A DNA stretch of 64,000 nt from Phycisphaerae bacterium. Its GTDB lineage: Bacteria > Planctomycetota > Phycisphaerae > UBA1845 > Fen-1342. The notes beneath the pieces were generated by a model, which had not been told where the DNA came from, did no database searches, and saw only the letters and a list, made by a program, of their open reading frames with translations. Of this stretch, positions 8,881 to 18,847 are shown one piece after another (position 1 is the stretch's first letter; every line of letters starts with the position of its first letter). The stretch covers positions 197,761 through 261,760 of the forward strand of contig CAXXWX010000023.1 of the NCBI GenBank assembly GCA_963675745.2, written 5' to 3'. The translations under genes and the position numbers were made by a program.

Positions 8881-10710
8881 ATGCATAACTCTTTAAAAGA
8901 CAAAATCTTAGACCTCGTCGACATCGTTGAGGTCATCGGTGAGCGTATACCCCTCAAGCCCAAGGGCCGCGAGATGGTGGGTCTATGCCCATTCCACGAT
9001 GACCACAAGCCATCTTTCAACGTCAGCCCCACCAAGAAAATCTTCAAGTGCTGGTCGTGCGGGGCGGGCGGTGATGTGATCAAGTTCGTGCAGTTGTACG
9101 AACGCGTGAACTTCCGCGAAGCCTTGGGACGACTGGCCGAGCGAGCGGGCATAGACGCCCAAGTCTCCCCCGAGGAACGGCGGCGCTTCGAGGCCCGCGA
9201 TGCGCTGAGGCGGGTAATGGTGTGGGCCCGGGCGTACTTTCACCGCAACCTGTTGGAGACCGATGCCGGCCGAGTGGCGCTCGATTATGCCCACTCGCGT
9301 GGCTTGAGCGATGAGACGATTGAGCGTTTCGGCATTGGGCTGGCGACGGATGCGTGGGATGACCTGCTGCAATCCGCCCGCCGGGCCAGGGTGCCCGCCG
9401 CCCTGCTCGAGCAGGGTGGGCTGGTGACGACTAACGAGAAAGGCCGCACGTACGATCGTTTTCGCAACCGTCTGATATTCCCGATCTGCGATTCACTGGG
9501 ACGGCCGATCGCGTTTGGCGGGCGTACGCTGGGAGACGATCAAGCAAAATACCTGAACTCGCCCGAGTCCGCCCTGTTTCAGAAGTCGCGGGTGCTGTTT
9601 GCTTTCGATGCGGCACGGGACGCCATGCGTAGCGACGCGCGGGCGGTTGTGGTCGAGGGGTATCTCGACGCCGTGTTGCTGCACCAGCACGGCATCAGCA
9701 GCGCGGTGGCCACGTTGGGAACGGCCCTCAGTGACTCACACATCAAGCTCCTGAAGCCCTTGGTCGACAGTGTCGTGCTGTGTTTTGACGGCGATGAAGC
9801 CGGACAGCGCGCGGCCGATCGTGGGTTGGAGACGGCTGTCCAGCACGCGGTGGATGTGCGTATCTGCGTATTGGACGGTGGGCTGGACCCGGCGGACATG
9901 GTCACACAAAAGGGGGCCGCGGCGCTGACTAACGTGTTGTCCGGCGCACAGGACGCGCTACAATTCAAGTGGGATCAAACGGTTAGGTCACTGAAGCAGG
10001 GAGAACGCCGCGCGAGCCGTAGCGGCATTGAGGCTTTCCTGAACGTGGTGGCCAATGCGAGCGTAGCCGGCGGAATCGATCCCATGGAGCAGAGCTTTCT
10101 GGTAGACCGGCTGGCCGGCGTGCTGTCTCTGCCAAGCGACACCGTTTATTCGATGTTGGCACGCGCGCGGGACCAGGTTCGGCGTCAGCGCCAATATTCG
10201 CAAGGCGCGATCGAACAAGACGAGGAAGCCTACCTGGAGATGCTGCGCGAAGTTCCCGCCGGTCTGGTGGGCGCCACGGAGCAGATTTTTGGGCTGCTCT
10301 TGCGTGATTCGGCGTGTTTTGCGTGGCTGGACGAGGTATTTGCCCAGGCGGTGGGCTATTGCGAGGCGTGGCAGCGACTGTACGACATTCTGCGCGAGCT
10401 GGTCGACGATCAGGGGGGCTACGAGCGTCGGGATGTGCTCGCGCGGTGCGACGATTCGGTCGCGCTGGAACTGGCCAGTCGGGCAACGGAGTGTGCGCCG
10501 GTTGGCGCTGATCCCAGGGGGTGTTACGAGGTGGCCCGCGATCGATTGCGGGCGGAACTGAACGTGATTCGCATAGGCGATCTGCAAGATAGCCTGCGAG
10601 AGCCGGATGGCGATCAACGCTTTGCGGCGATGGTTGATGTGGTCAAGGCCCAGTCGGTGCGGGGGAAGCGGCTATTCGCGCCGGGGCATTTGCGCGGCGT
10701 TGGACACTAG
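8881..10710 (+). CDS. dnaG: DNA primase DnaG
   Basis: CHC2 finger CPFHDD..CWSC, DRFRNRLIFPI, KYLNSPE, TOPRIM VEGYLD and FDGD. Confidence 0.96.
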   Translation: MHNSLKDKILDLVDIVEVIGERIPLKPKGREMVGLCPFHDDHKPSFNVSPTKKIFKCWSCGAGGDVIKFVQLYERVNFREALGRLAERAGIDAQVSPEERRRFEARDALRRVMVWARAYFHRNLLETDAGRVALDYAHSRGLSDETIERFGIGLATDAWDDLLQSARRARVPAALLEQGGLVTTNEKGRTYDRFRNRLIFPICDSLGRPIAFGGRTLGDDQAKYLNSPESALFQKSRVLFAFDAARDAMRSDARAVVVEGYLDAVLLHQHGISSAVATLGTALSDSHIKLLKPLVDSVVLCFDGDEAGQRAADRGLETAVQHAVDVRICVLDGGLDPADMVTQKGAAALTNVLSGAQDALQFKWDQTVRSLKQGERRASRSGIEAFLNVVANASVAGGIDPMEQSFLVDRLAGVLSLPSDTVYSMLARARDQVRRQRQYSQGAIEQDEEAYLEMLREVPAGLVGATEQIFGLLLRDSACFAWLDEVFAQAVGYCEAWQRLYDILRELVDDQGGYERRDVLARCDDSVALELASRATECAPVGADPRGCYEVARDRLRAELNVIRIGDLQDSLREPDGDQRFAAMVDVVKAQSVRGKRLFAPGHLRGVGH

Positions 10711-10858
10711 CGCGGGCGATTGCCGCCGGCGGCTGATCGGCCGGGCTTGGCTGTGTTGGGGCGAAGAGTCTCTGATGGGAGCTGGAGAGACTCTGTTGAG
10801 CGGTGTGGCGTGGGAGCGAGCACGGTAGAGCCGTTGTTGGTAGGTGAGGAGAGCATTG

Positions 10859-12574
10859 ATGTCAGTACAACCGGTGGACGTTGATCCCATCGAGCAGTGT
10901 GTGCTTGAGCTGATCGAGCGTGGCAAGCGGCGCCAATATTTGACGTGGGAAGAGTTAAACGAGGCTCTGCCTGACGAGGCGATTACGCCAGACAAGCTCG
11001 AGAGCGTCCTCAACCAGATTGAGCAATCCGGCATCGCGATGATCGACGAGATCGAGGCGGATAAGCTGCGCGGCCAGCAGCGCAAACGGCTGGGCACGCT
11101 GGAAGGCGGCGATACGCTCGATGAGGTCACAGAGGTCGACCTGGCGGACGCAACGGCCCGCCGGATCGATGACCCGGTGCGGATGTACCTGACGCAGATG
11201 GGCGAGATACCGCTGCTGACGCGTGAGGAAGAGATCGCGCTGGCCAAGAAGATCGAGCTGACGCGGATGGCTTTCAGGCGGCGTGTGCTCGAGAACGACT
11301 ACTGCACGCAGCAGGCCGTCGAGACGATTCAGGCGGTGGCCGACGGGCGCATGCCGTTTGACCGCACGATGAAGATCTCCACGACTGAGAGCATGGCCAA
11401 GGCCACGATTCTACGCCGGCTGCCGGCCAACCTGGCCACGGTGCGCCGGCTGCTGGATCTGAACCAGGCTGACTGGCAGTTGGTGCGTGATAATCGCGTG
11501 CCGGCGGCCGAGCACAAGGTCGCGCAGATGCGCATCACGCAGCGCCGGCGTCGCGCGGTAACGCTGCTCGAAGAGCTATCGCTGCGTACCAGCCGCATCA
11601 CACCCATGATGAAGAAGCTGGTGGGGATGATCGGCAAGACCGAAACGCTGGAGCGCGAGCTGAAGACTCGCGGCAAGTCGCTGCCGCCCGATGAGGTTGC
11701 GGCGATGAAAGACGAGTACAACGGGTTGGTGGAGCTCGTGATGGAGCTGCCCACCGATCTGCGCAAGCGCGTGACCGACGGGCGCAAAGTGTTCGGCGAA
11801 TACGAGGAGGCCAAGCGTCGGCTGGCGGGCGGTAATCTGCGGCTGGTTGTTTCGATCGCCAAGAAGTACCGCAATCGCGGCTTGAGCTTTCTGGACATTA
11901 TTCAAGAGGGCAACACGGGCCTGATGCGCGCCGTGGATAAGTATGAGTACCGGCGCGGCTATAAGTTCAGCACCTACGCCACCTGGTGGATTCGCCAGGC
12001 GATTACGCGGGCGATCGCGGATCATGCGCGCACCATCCGTATTCCGGTGCACATGATCGAGACGATGAGCAAGCTGCGCAACATCGGCAAGAAACTGCTC
12101 CAGGATCTGGGCCGCGAGCCCACCATCGAGGAGATTGCCCGCGAGGCGGACATGCCGGTCAGCGAGGCGCGGCGGGTCATGAAGATCAGCCGGCATCCGA
12201 TCTCGCTGGATCGACCGGTCGGCGAAAGCGAAGATTCATACTTCGGCGACTTCATCGAGGACGAAAAGGCGGAGTCGCCGGTATACAGTGCCAGCGACGA
12301 GATGCTGCGCGACCGCATCGAGGCGGTGCTCAAGACCCTGACCTATCGCGAGCGCGAGATCATCAAGCTGCGCTACGGTATCGGTGACGGCTACACATAC
12401 ACGCTCGAAGAAGTCGGCAAGATCTTCAAGGTCACGCGCGAACGCGTGCGGCAGGTAGAGGCCAAGGCGATTCGCAAATTACAGCACCCCGTGCGGGCCC
12501 GCAAATTGCAGGGTTTCCTCGACGGGTCACAACGTCAGGACGTGGACCGCGAGACCGACGACGAAAACGAGTAG
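10859..12574 (+). CDS. rpoD: RNA polymerase primary sigma factor RpoD
   Basis: [50 protein letters not shown]; follows dnaG. Confidence 0.96.
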   Translation: MSVQPVDVDPIEQCVLELIERGKRRQYLTWEELNEALPDEAITPDKLESVLNQIEQSGIAMIDEIEADKLRGQQRKRLGTLEGGDTLDEVTEVDLADATARRIDDPVRMYLTQMGEIPLLTREEEIALAKKIELTRMAFRRRVLENDYCTQQAVETIQAVADGRMPFDRTMKISTTESMAKATILRRLPANLATVRRLLDLNQADWQLVRDNRVPAAEHKVAQMRITQRRRRAVTLLEELSLRTSRITPMMKKLVGMIGKTETLERELKTRGKSLPPDEVAAMKDEYNGLVELVMELPTDLRKRVTDGRKVFGEYEEAKRRLAGGNLRLVVSIAKKYRNRGLSFLDIIQEGNTGLMRAVDKYEYRRGYKFSTYATWWIRQAITRAIADHARTIRIPVHMIETMSKLRNIGKKLLQDLGREPTIEEIAREADMPVSEARRVMKISRHPISLDRPVGESEDSYFGDFIEDEKAESPVYSASDEMLRDRIEAVLKTLTYREREIIKLRYGIGDGYTYTLEEVGKIFKVTRERVRQVEAKAIRKLQHPVRARKLQGFLDGSQRQDVDRETDDENE

Positions 12575-12628
12575 CGCCGCGCCGGATGGTGCTGCGCTGC
12601 GCGTCGGCGCGCGGACCCGCCTCCGCTC

Positions 12629-13591
12629 GTGTGGGTGGCGGACATGACCGAGTCTGGTAACGGCGACGGGCTCCGCAATCACGACCATCCGACCACCCGG
12701 AGAGTGCGAAAGAAGCGTTGGCTTTCAGCCCGGCTGCGCTGGTCGATTCGGCTCGGTGTGATTGCCGTCACGGTTGGGTATCTGGTGACCTTCGGCTGCG
12801 ACAGTCAGTTCTATCACCCGAATCAGAAGCTGTACTACCGAGCGGCCGAGTTTCAGCTCGCACATGAGGATGTCTATTTCCCGACAGCGGACGGGTTGAC
12901 GCTGCACGGCTGGTTTCTGCCAGCGCGCAAGGAGACGCGCGGGACGGTGATCCACTTCCACGGAAACGCCGCGAATGTCACAAACCATGTGGCCCTGATC
13001 GCCTGGCTTCCGCACGCCGGCTATAACGTGCTGATGTTCGACTATCGCGGGTTTGGACAATCGGAGGGGCGACCGACACGGACGGGCACGATCAACGACG
13101 GGCACGCCGTCGTGGATTACATGAAGACGCGTCCCGAGTACGACGCAAAGCGTCTGTTCGCCTATGGCCAATCGCTGGGCGGCGCGGTGGCCGTCGTGAT
13201 CGGTGCCGAACGGGACGAAATCCGCGCGGTTGTTGCCGAAGCGGCGTTCGGGGATTACCGGGGCATAGCGGCGTGGCACGGGCGCAAGCTGGTCTATTTC
13301 GATGTGCTGGCGCGTGGCCTGGCGCGTGTGTTGATTTCAGATGGCCATGATCCGATAGATGTGGTGGCGAAACTGGCCCCGCGGCCGCTATTGGTGATTG
13401 CCGGCGGCGATGATCACATTTGCCCGGCGCAGCTCGGCCGCGAGCTCTTTGAAGCCGCGCGCGAGCCGAAGGAGTACATTCTGGTCGAGGAGGCCGACCA
13501 TTTCGAGGCGCTGGACTACGGCGGCGGCGAGGTTCAACGGCGGATTGTCGACACCTTTGAGCAGGCGGCGCAGATGGACGGGCCGGGTTGA
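12629..13591 (+). CDS. Alpha/beta hydrolase (YfhR/ABHD13-like)
   Basis: FHGNA, DYRGFG and GQSLGG nucleophile motif; N-terminal TM segment. Confidence 0.85.
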   Translation: MWVADMTESGNGDGLRNHDHPTTRRVRKKRWLSARLRWSIRLGVIAVTVGYLVTFGCDSQFYHPNQKLYYRAAEFQLAHEDVYFPTADGLTLHGWFLPARKETRGTVIHFHGNAANVTNHVALIAWLPHAGYNVLMFDYRGFGQSEGRPTRTGTINDGHAVVDYMKTRPEYDAKRLFAYGQSLGGAVAVVIGAERDEIRAVVAEAAFGDYRGIAAWHGRKLVYFDVLARGLARVLISDGHDPIDVVAKLAPRPLLVIAGGDDHICPAQLGRELFEAAREPKEYILVEEADHFEALDYGGGEVQRRIVDTFEQAAQMDGPG

Positions 13592-13656
13592 GTGTCACCT
13601 TGGGGCCGACTAAGCTGATAGCGGGTGCGATTCGTGTCTTTGCTGAGGGAAACGCC

Positions 13657-14523
13657 ATGAGATTTCGCGACGCTTTGCGGGCAACCGGGAAAGAGTGGCT
13701 CATCGCTCTGATGTGCTACTCGCTGGTCATCGCGCCGTTCGGGTGCGAGATCCAATCATCGCTACTGGAAGATCTGGGTGGCCTGTTACCGGATGGCGGG
13801 AGCACGGCAGGCTCCGACGGCGGGCTATTCATTAACGACGACTACTCGAGCCCGCTGGTGGCAGCCGCCCAGGGCGAAGGCGGTAGAGGGTTCTTCGTCT
13901 TCGGCAAGCGCGGCGCCGATGGCTCCCTGCTCGAGGTCGACGCGATCACCGCCCGCGCCGCCGACGGGCGCGACGCTTTCATGTCGTTCGTGCTCGGACG
14001 GCCGGTGCATGTGCAGGGCCTCGACGGCAGCTATGCCCATGTCACGTACACGGAGATTGGCGGCGTGAGGCTGTCAGCGACCGTGGACATCTATGACGCG
14101 GGCAGCGGTGGCCAGGAACAGCACGTCATCGAAGTGGACCTGGCCAAGGCCGCACAGGAGGTGGCCACCCTGATCGAGCGGGAGATCGGCCAGCACGTGC
14201 CCGTGACCGATGCCGATCAGCTTCAACGCGCCAAGCCGACGACGAACGCGGCTCAGATCACGATCTTCAGCCCGCTGTTCGCTCTGTTCGTGCTGCCACT
14301 GGTGGCGTTGGTGAACCTGACGACGGTGATCCTGGGCCAACTGATTACGTCGTTGGTGGCGATCCTGGTCATGACCGCGCAGATCATCGTGGCCTCGATA
14401 TTCTTCCCGTTTTTCCTGGTCGCGGAGTTGCTGAATGCCACCGTGTTCAATGTACACGTGGAGGCACCGGCACTGCGGTTCACCTTTTTGCCCGATCCGC
14501 CCACGTTCGTTTTGAAGCTATAG
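13657..14523 (+). CDS. Hypothetical lipoprotein/membrane protein
   Basis: APFGC lipobox-like motif; two C-terminal TM helices; ORF 13588..14523. Confidence 0.6.
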   Translation: MRFRDALRATGKEWLIALMCYSLVIAPFGCEIQSSLLEDLGGLLPDGGSTAGSDGGLFINDDYSSPLVAAAQGEGGRGFFVFGKRGADGSLLEVDAITARAADGRDAFMSFVLGRPVHVQGLDGSYAHVTYTEIGGVRLSATVDIYDAGSGGQEQHVIEVDLAKAAQEVATLIEREIGQHVPVTDADQLQRAKPTTNAAQITIFSPLFALFVLPLVALVNLTTVILGQLITSLVAILVMTAQIIVASIFFPFFLVAELLNATVFNVHVEAPALRFTFLPDPPTFVLKL

Positions 14524-14553
14524 CGGCACATCCGTTGCGGCCGGGCGATTGGT

Positions 14554-15202
14554 ATGGGCGTTGGCTGGATCGACATTTCCGTCCCGCTGCAAGCCGGCGT
14601 GGTGACCTGGCCTGGCGATGATGCGGTGTGTGTCGAGTCGGTCGCGCGTATCGACTCGGGTGACACCTGCAATCTATCCCGCCTGTCCATGAGCACTCAC
14701 GCCGGCACGCACATCGACGCGCCGCTTCATTATGTGGGCAATGGCGTGGGGATCGACCAGATGCCGATCGATGCCACCGTTGGCGCCGCCCGCGTGTTGC
14801 ACGTCGGTGACGGGCCCACGATCACCGCTGACGCGCTCGAGCCGCTTGAGATCCGTGCCGGGCAGCGCCTGCTGTTTCGCACCCGGAAACTCGTCGCGAC
14901 CGTGGTGGTCACACGCGTTTGACGAGGACTTTGTGTACCTGTCACTTGATGCGGCTGAGTTTCTTGCAGAAAAGCGCGTACGCGCGGTCGGCATCGATTA
15001 CCTGTCTGTGGGCGGCTATTCGGCAGACGCACGCGGCGACGAGGTACACCGCACGCTTTTGCGCGCCGGCATCTGGCTTATCGAGGGATTGAATCTGACT
15101 CAGGTATCGCCGGGGGATTATGAGCTCATGTGTCTGCCACTGGGACTCGTCGGTGCCGAGGGGGCGCCGGCGCGGGCGATTCTGCGCAAGACACATGAAT
15201 AG
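14554..15202 (+). CDS. Cyclase family protein (kynurenine formamidase-like), apparent frameshift ~14888
   Basis: HAGTHIDAPLH in the first frame; VGIDYLS, LIEGLNL and GAEGAPARA in the second frame. Extra A at CGGAAACTCG. Confidence 0.85.
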
Positions 15203-15215
15203 CGGCCGGTCGGGG

Positions 15216-16930
15216 CTATTGGCTGAGCGGCTCCAGCTTGCCGCCTCTGCGGAGTGTGTAGAAGCGGTTGACGCGGACGTTTTCGAAGGCCTGTGTGGAC
15301 AACGCCGCGTCGGGCCAGCGCACCACGACGCGATCAACGCTGTCCGCCTTACCAATGCCAAACCTGCAATCCGAGTCGTCGCGGTGGCCGGCGTGGCCCA
15401 GGCCGCCGTGAACTTCGCGCGTCTGCCGGCGATCATCGATCCAGATCGTGACGCGCGCACCGACAGCCTGTCCGAGCAGACGGATATTGAGGAAGCCATT
15501 GCCGGCGCGGCGTGCCGCGAGATTGCGCAGCAGGCCGACGGCGAGCGGGCGGCTCGCGCGCTGTTCGGCGGTCAGGCGCATGTTGTTCGTGCCAACGAGG
15601 ATGTCCGTAGCGCCGTCGCGGTCAAAGTCGGCAAGAGAAATCTGGCTGGCGTTTATCCAGTGAATACCCAGCCGTGGCGTCCAATCGTCAAACGTGTCAT
15701 CGGGCTCCTGGTGATACAGGCGTAATACCTGGTCGTCGGGATAATCGCTGCACGCGATGAGCAGGTCGAGGCGGCCGTCGTTTTCCAGATCAAGCCAGCC
15801 GGCGTGCAGGTCGCCCTGGTTCCAGCGCGTGCCGGTGCGCGTGCGGGGGATCCGTTCAGTTTCGCGCTGGAAGCGAAAGCCGGCCGGCGCCCCTTGATTG
15901 GTGAGCAGCGTTGAGAGATCCGACGACGGCCCGGCCCAGGCATGGGTAATCTCGGCCAGGAAGCAATCCATGTCGCCATCGTTGTCATAGTCGGCCACGG
16001 CGCAGTCGAAGGTATTGCCGTTGGCCCGAAACGGCGGCTCATCCTCGCGCTCGGCACCGTACTTCTCGAGAAAGAACGCCTTGACGTCGGCGGCGTAGCG
16101 TCCGCTGCGGTCGCTGTCGCCGTCAAATGTGGCTTGCGGGGCGACGTCGGTGAACGTCCCGTCTCCATTGCTGCGCCAAAGGCGGTTCCACTGCCGTCCG
16201 TAGGTCATCACCAGCAGATCCTGCCAGCCGTCGTTGTTCCAATCGGTGTGGGCGACGCCGTACGTGGGGCGGCGGCTGTCAGCCAGGCCGGGTTCAGCGA
16301 CGCCGAGCAGGCCCGCAGGCTGCGTTACATCGGTGAAGGTGCCGTCGCCGTTTCCGCGATAAAGCCGGTCGGGGAAGGCTTCGAGGTCGCCGCCGGCAGG
16401 GTCGTAGGAGTTCCCGACGAAGAGATCGAGGTGCCCGTCGCGGTCGTAGTCGAGGAAACAGGCGGAGATGGTGACGTCGGGGTGCTGTCCGATGCCGCTG
16501 CCTGTGAGTAGCGCAAAGCCGCCCTGCCCATCGCCGATCCAGATTTCGTTGTGACGGCGCGCCGTGGCGGATTCACTCTCCGAGGTATCGACGCTGAACC
16601 CCAGGAACAGGTCGAGGAATCCGTCGCAGTTGACATCGCCGACCTGCACGCACCCGGGTTTGGCGGCGTTGTCGGGCAGCAGGCGGCTCTCAGCGGCGGT
16701 TCGCGTGAAGCGCCGGCCGTGCGTTGGTTCAGGAACACCTCGCCGCAGCCCAGGAGCAGGTCGGGGTAATGATCGTTATTGAGATCGGCGAATGAGACGC
16801 GAGCGGCGCCGACGTCGTTCAGGTCAACCTCGGCGGCGACGTTCTCGAACAGCGGTGTCACTTGAGTCGTCTGCGCGGCGCAGCAGGCGACGATCGCGAG
16901 CAATACCGCGGCATTACCAATAGGGCGCAT
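15216..16930 (-). CDS. CRTAC1 family FG-GAP/VCBS repeat protein with ASPIC/UnbV domain, apparent frameshift ~16660-16700
   Basis: Multiple DxDxDGxxDL repeats; C-terminal GARV..FGIG..VRWP; signal peptide MRPIGNAAVLLAIVACC lies in an upstream frame. Confidence 0.85.
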
Positions 16931-16934
16931 CAGC

Positions 16935-18683
16935 TTACCCCGCATAGAGATCATCCACGGGCCGGGGCTTGCGGCCGATGAGGAGCACGATCGCGACCAG
17001 CACCGCGCTACCGGCCAGCAACCCGCCCCAGGCGGGCACGTCGGCGTAGCGGCACAGGAGGTCGCCACACAGCGTGGATACGACGGCCACAACAACCGCG
17101 TAGGGCATCTGCGTCCAGACGTGCAACTCGTGTCTACAGCCGCTGGCCAGCGATGAAAGTACGGTGGTGTCGCTGATGGGTGAACAGTGGTCGCCGAAAA
17201 CCGCCCCGCTGAGCACGGCGCCGACGGACGCGTAGAAGAGTGGGAGGCCCTGTTCGGCGGGCAGGTCGGCGACCATGCCCGCCGCGATGATCACCGTGGC
17301 CGGGCAGAGTATGCCCATCGTGCCCCACGAAGTGCCCGTGGCAAACGAGACCACGCACGCGGCGGCGAAGATCAGCAACGGCAGCCAACGGATGTCGAAC
17401 GCCGAGTGCTCAAGCAGTGATTTGACGACCTCGCCAAGCTGTAGGGCCTGGATCGACGACGAAAGCGTCCAGGCCAACACCAGCACGACCATCGTGGGAA
17501 ACATGCGCGCCATCGAGGCCAGCGCACTGTCGACGGTTTTGGCGAGGGTCAATGCGCGCGTGCCAAGCGAGATGAAGGTCGCGAGCAGAAGCGCCGCGAA
17601 CGCGCCGTAGAGAATCGAGTCGTACGATTCGGCGTTGGTTATGACCTCCTGGATCAGCTTGGTGCCCTGGGGCACAGCGCCGGCCGCCTGGACTTTGTTC
17701 CAGCCGGTGATCACCAGCATGGCGAGTGTGACCAGCAAGAGTACGAGCACGGGCACGCCCGCGTACCACGCGCGCCCGGTTGCGGCCGCGTCCGGTTCGT
17801 TAGAACTGTCATCGGCGCCGCTCAGGTCGCGTTCGGCCTTGCGCATCGGCCCGAAATCGCGGTCAAACAGGCCGATCAGCAGCACCATCACCAGGGCCAG
17901 GATCGGATAAAACCGGTACGGGATGCTGTTGAGAAAGACGCTGTATGCGACGACATCAGTGAGGCAGCCGGGGCGCTCAACCAGGTCGCGCAGCCCGTCG
18001 TCGATGTATCCGACTTCGGCACCGACCCAGGTTCCGACCAGCGCGATCGACGATACCGGGGCGGCGGTCGAGTCCACGAGATAGGCGAGTTTCGCCCGGC
18101 TGATCTTCAATCGGTCGCACACGGGGCGCATCGCCGGGCCGACGATCATCGCGTTGGCGTAGTCGTCGAAGAACACCAGCAGGCCGGCGATCCATGTTGC
18201 CACCTGGCCGCGACGGCGATTGGACGCCCAGCGGGCGACGGCGCTGACGATCGCCAACGTGCCACCGTTGGCGGCGATGATGCCGATCATACCGCCGATC
18301 ATCAGCGTGAAGACGATCACCTTTGCGTGGCCCAGGTCGCTCAACGCGCCAAGCAGGAAGCGTTCCAGGGCGAGCGATAGGCCGCTGAAAAAGACGCCGA
18401 TGGTCAATCCGCCCGCGGCATGGCCGGCGAGCATGAAAGATGCGATGAGAATGCCGACCGCCAGGGCCGGGATCACCTGTTGCCATAGAATCGCCAGCGC
18501 GATCGTGATCAGCGGCGGCAGCAGCACCCAGGCTCCGAAGAAATCCGCCGGTGCGACGGTGGTAGTGGCGGCCTGCGTGCTTGGCGCTGAGGTGGTTGCC
18601 GGGGCGGCATCCTGGCCGATGGCGTGTTGCACAGCCAGCGCGCTGATGATCAGGAGCACGGCGATGAACAGCCACGAGCGCAT
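16935..18683 (-). CDS. Na+/H+ antiporter NhaC family transporter
   Basis: FFDDYAN, LAYLVDSTAAP, SFATGTSWGT, GAVFGDHCSPISDTT. Confidence 0.9.
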   Translation of the reverse strand: MRSWLFIAVLLIISALAVQHAIGQDAAPATTSAPSTQAATTTVAPADFFGAWVLLPPLITIALAILWQQVIPALAVGILIASFMLAGHAAGGLTIGVFFSGLSLALERFLLGALSDLGHAKVIVFTLMIGGMIGIIAANGGTLAIVSAVARWASNRRRGQVATWIAGLLVFFDDYANAMIVGPAMRPVCDRLKISRAKLAYLVDSTAAPVSSIALVGTWVGAEVGYIDDGLRDLVERPGCLTDVVAYSVFLNSIPYRFYPILALVMVLLIGLFDRDFGPMRKAERDLSGADDSSNEPDAAATGRAWYAGVPVLVLLLVTLAMLVITGWNKVQAAGAVPQGTKLIQEVITNAESYDSILYGAFAALLLATFISLGTRALTLAKTVDSALASMARMFPTMVVLVLAWTLSSSIQALQLGEVVKSLLEHSAFDIRWLPLLIFAAACVVSFATGTSWGTMGILCPATVIIAAGMVADLPAEQGLPLFYASVGAVLSGAVFGDHCSPISDTTVLSSLASGCRHELHVWTQMPYAVVVAVVSTLCGDLLCRYADVPAWGGLLAGSAVLVAIVLLIGRKPRPVDDLYAG

Positions 18684-18847
18684 GCCCGCGCGATGTTCGA
18701 GCGTGCCGGTACCACATGATCGTGCAGAGAGCCGCGCCATGACAGCGGCACCGTAGCGACGACATCCGCGTGCGTCAAACGCGCCGGGTGTGGCGGTGGC
18801 CGCCTGAGCGAATACGATATGCGGGGGCTGGTGCCGCCGACACCGCG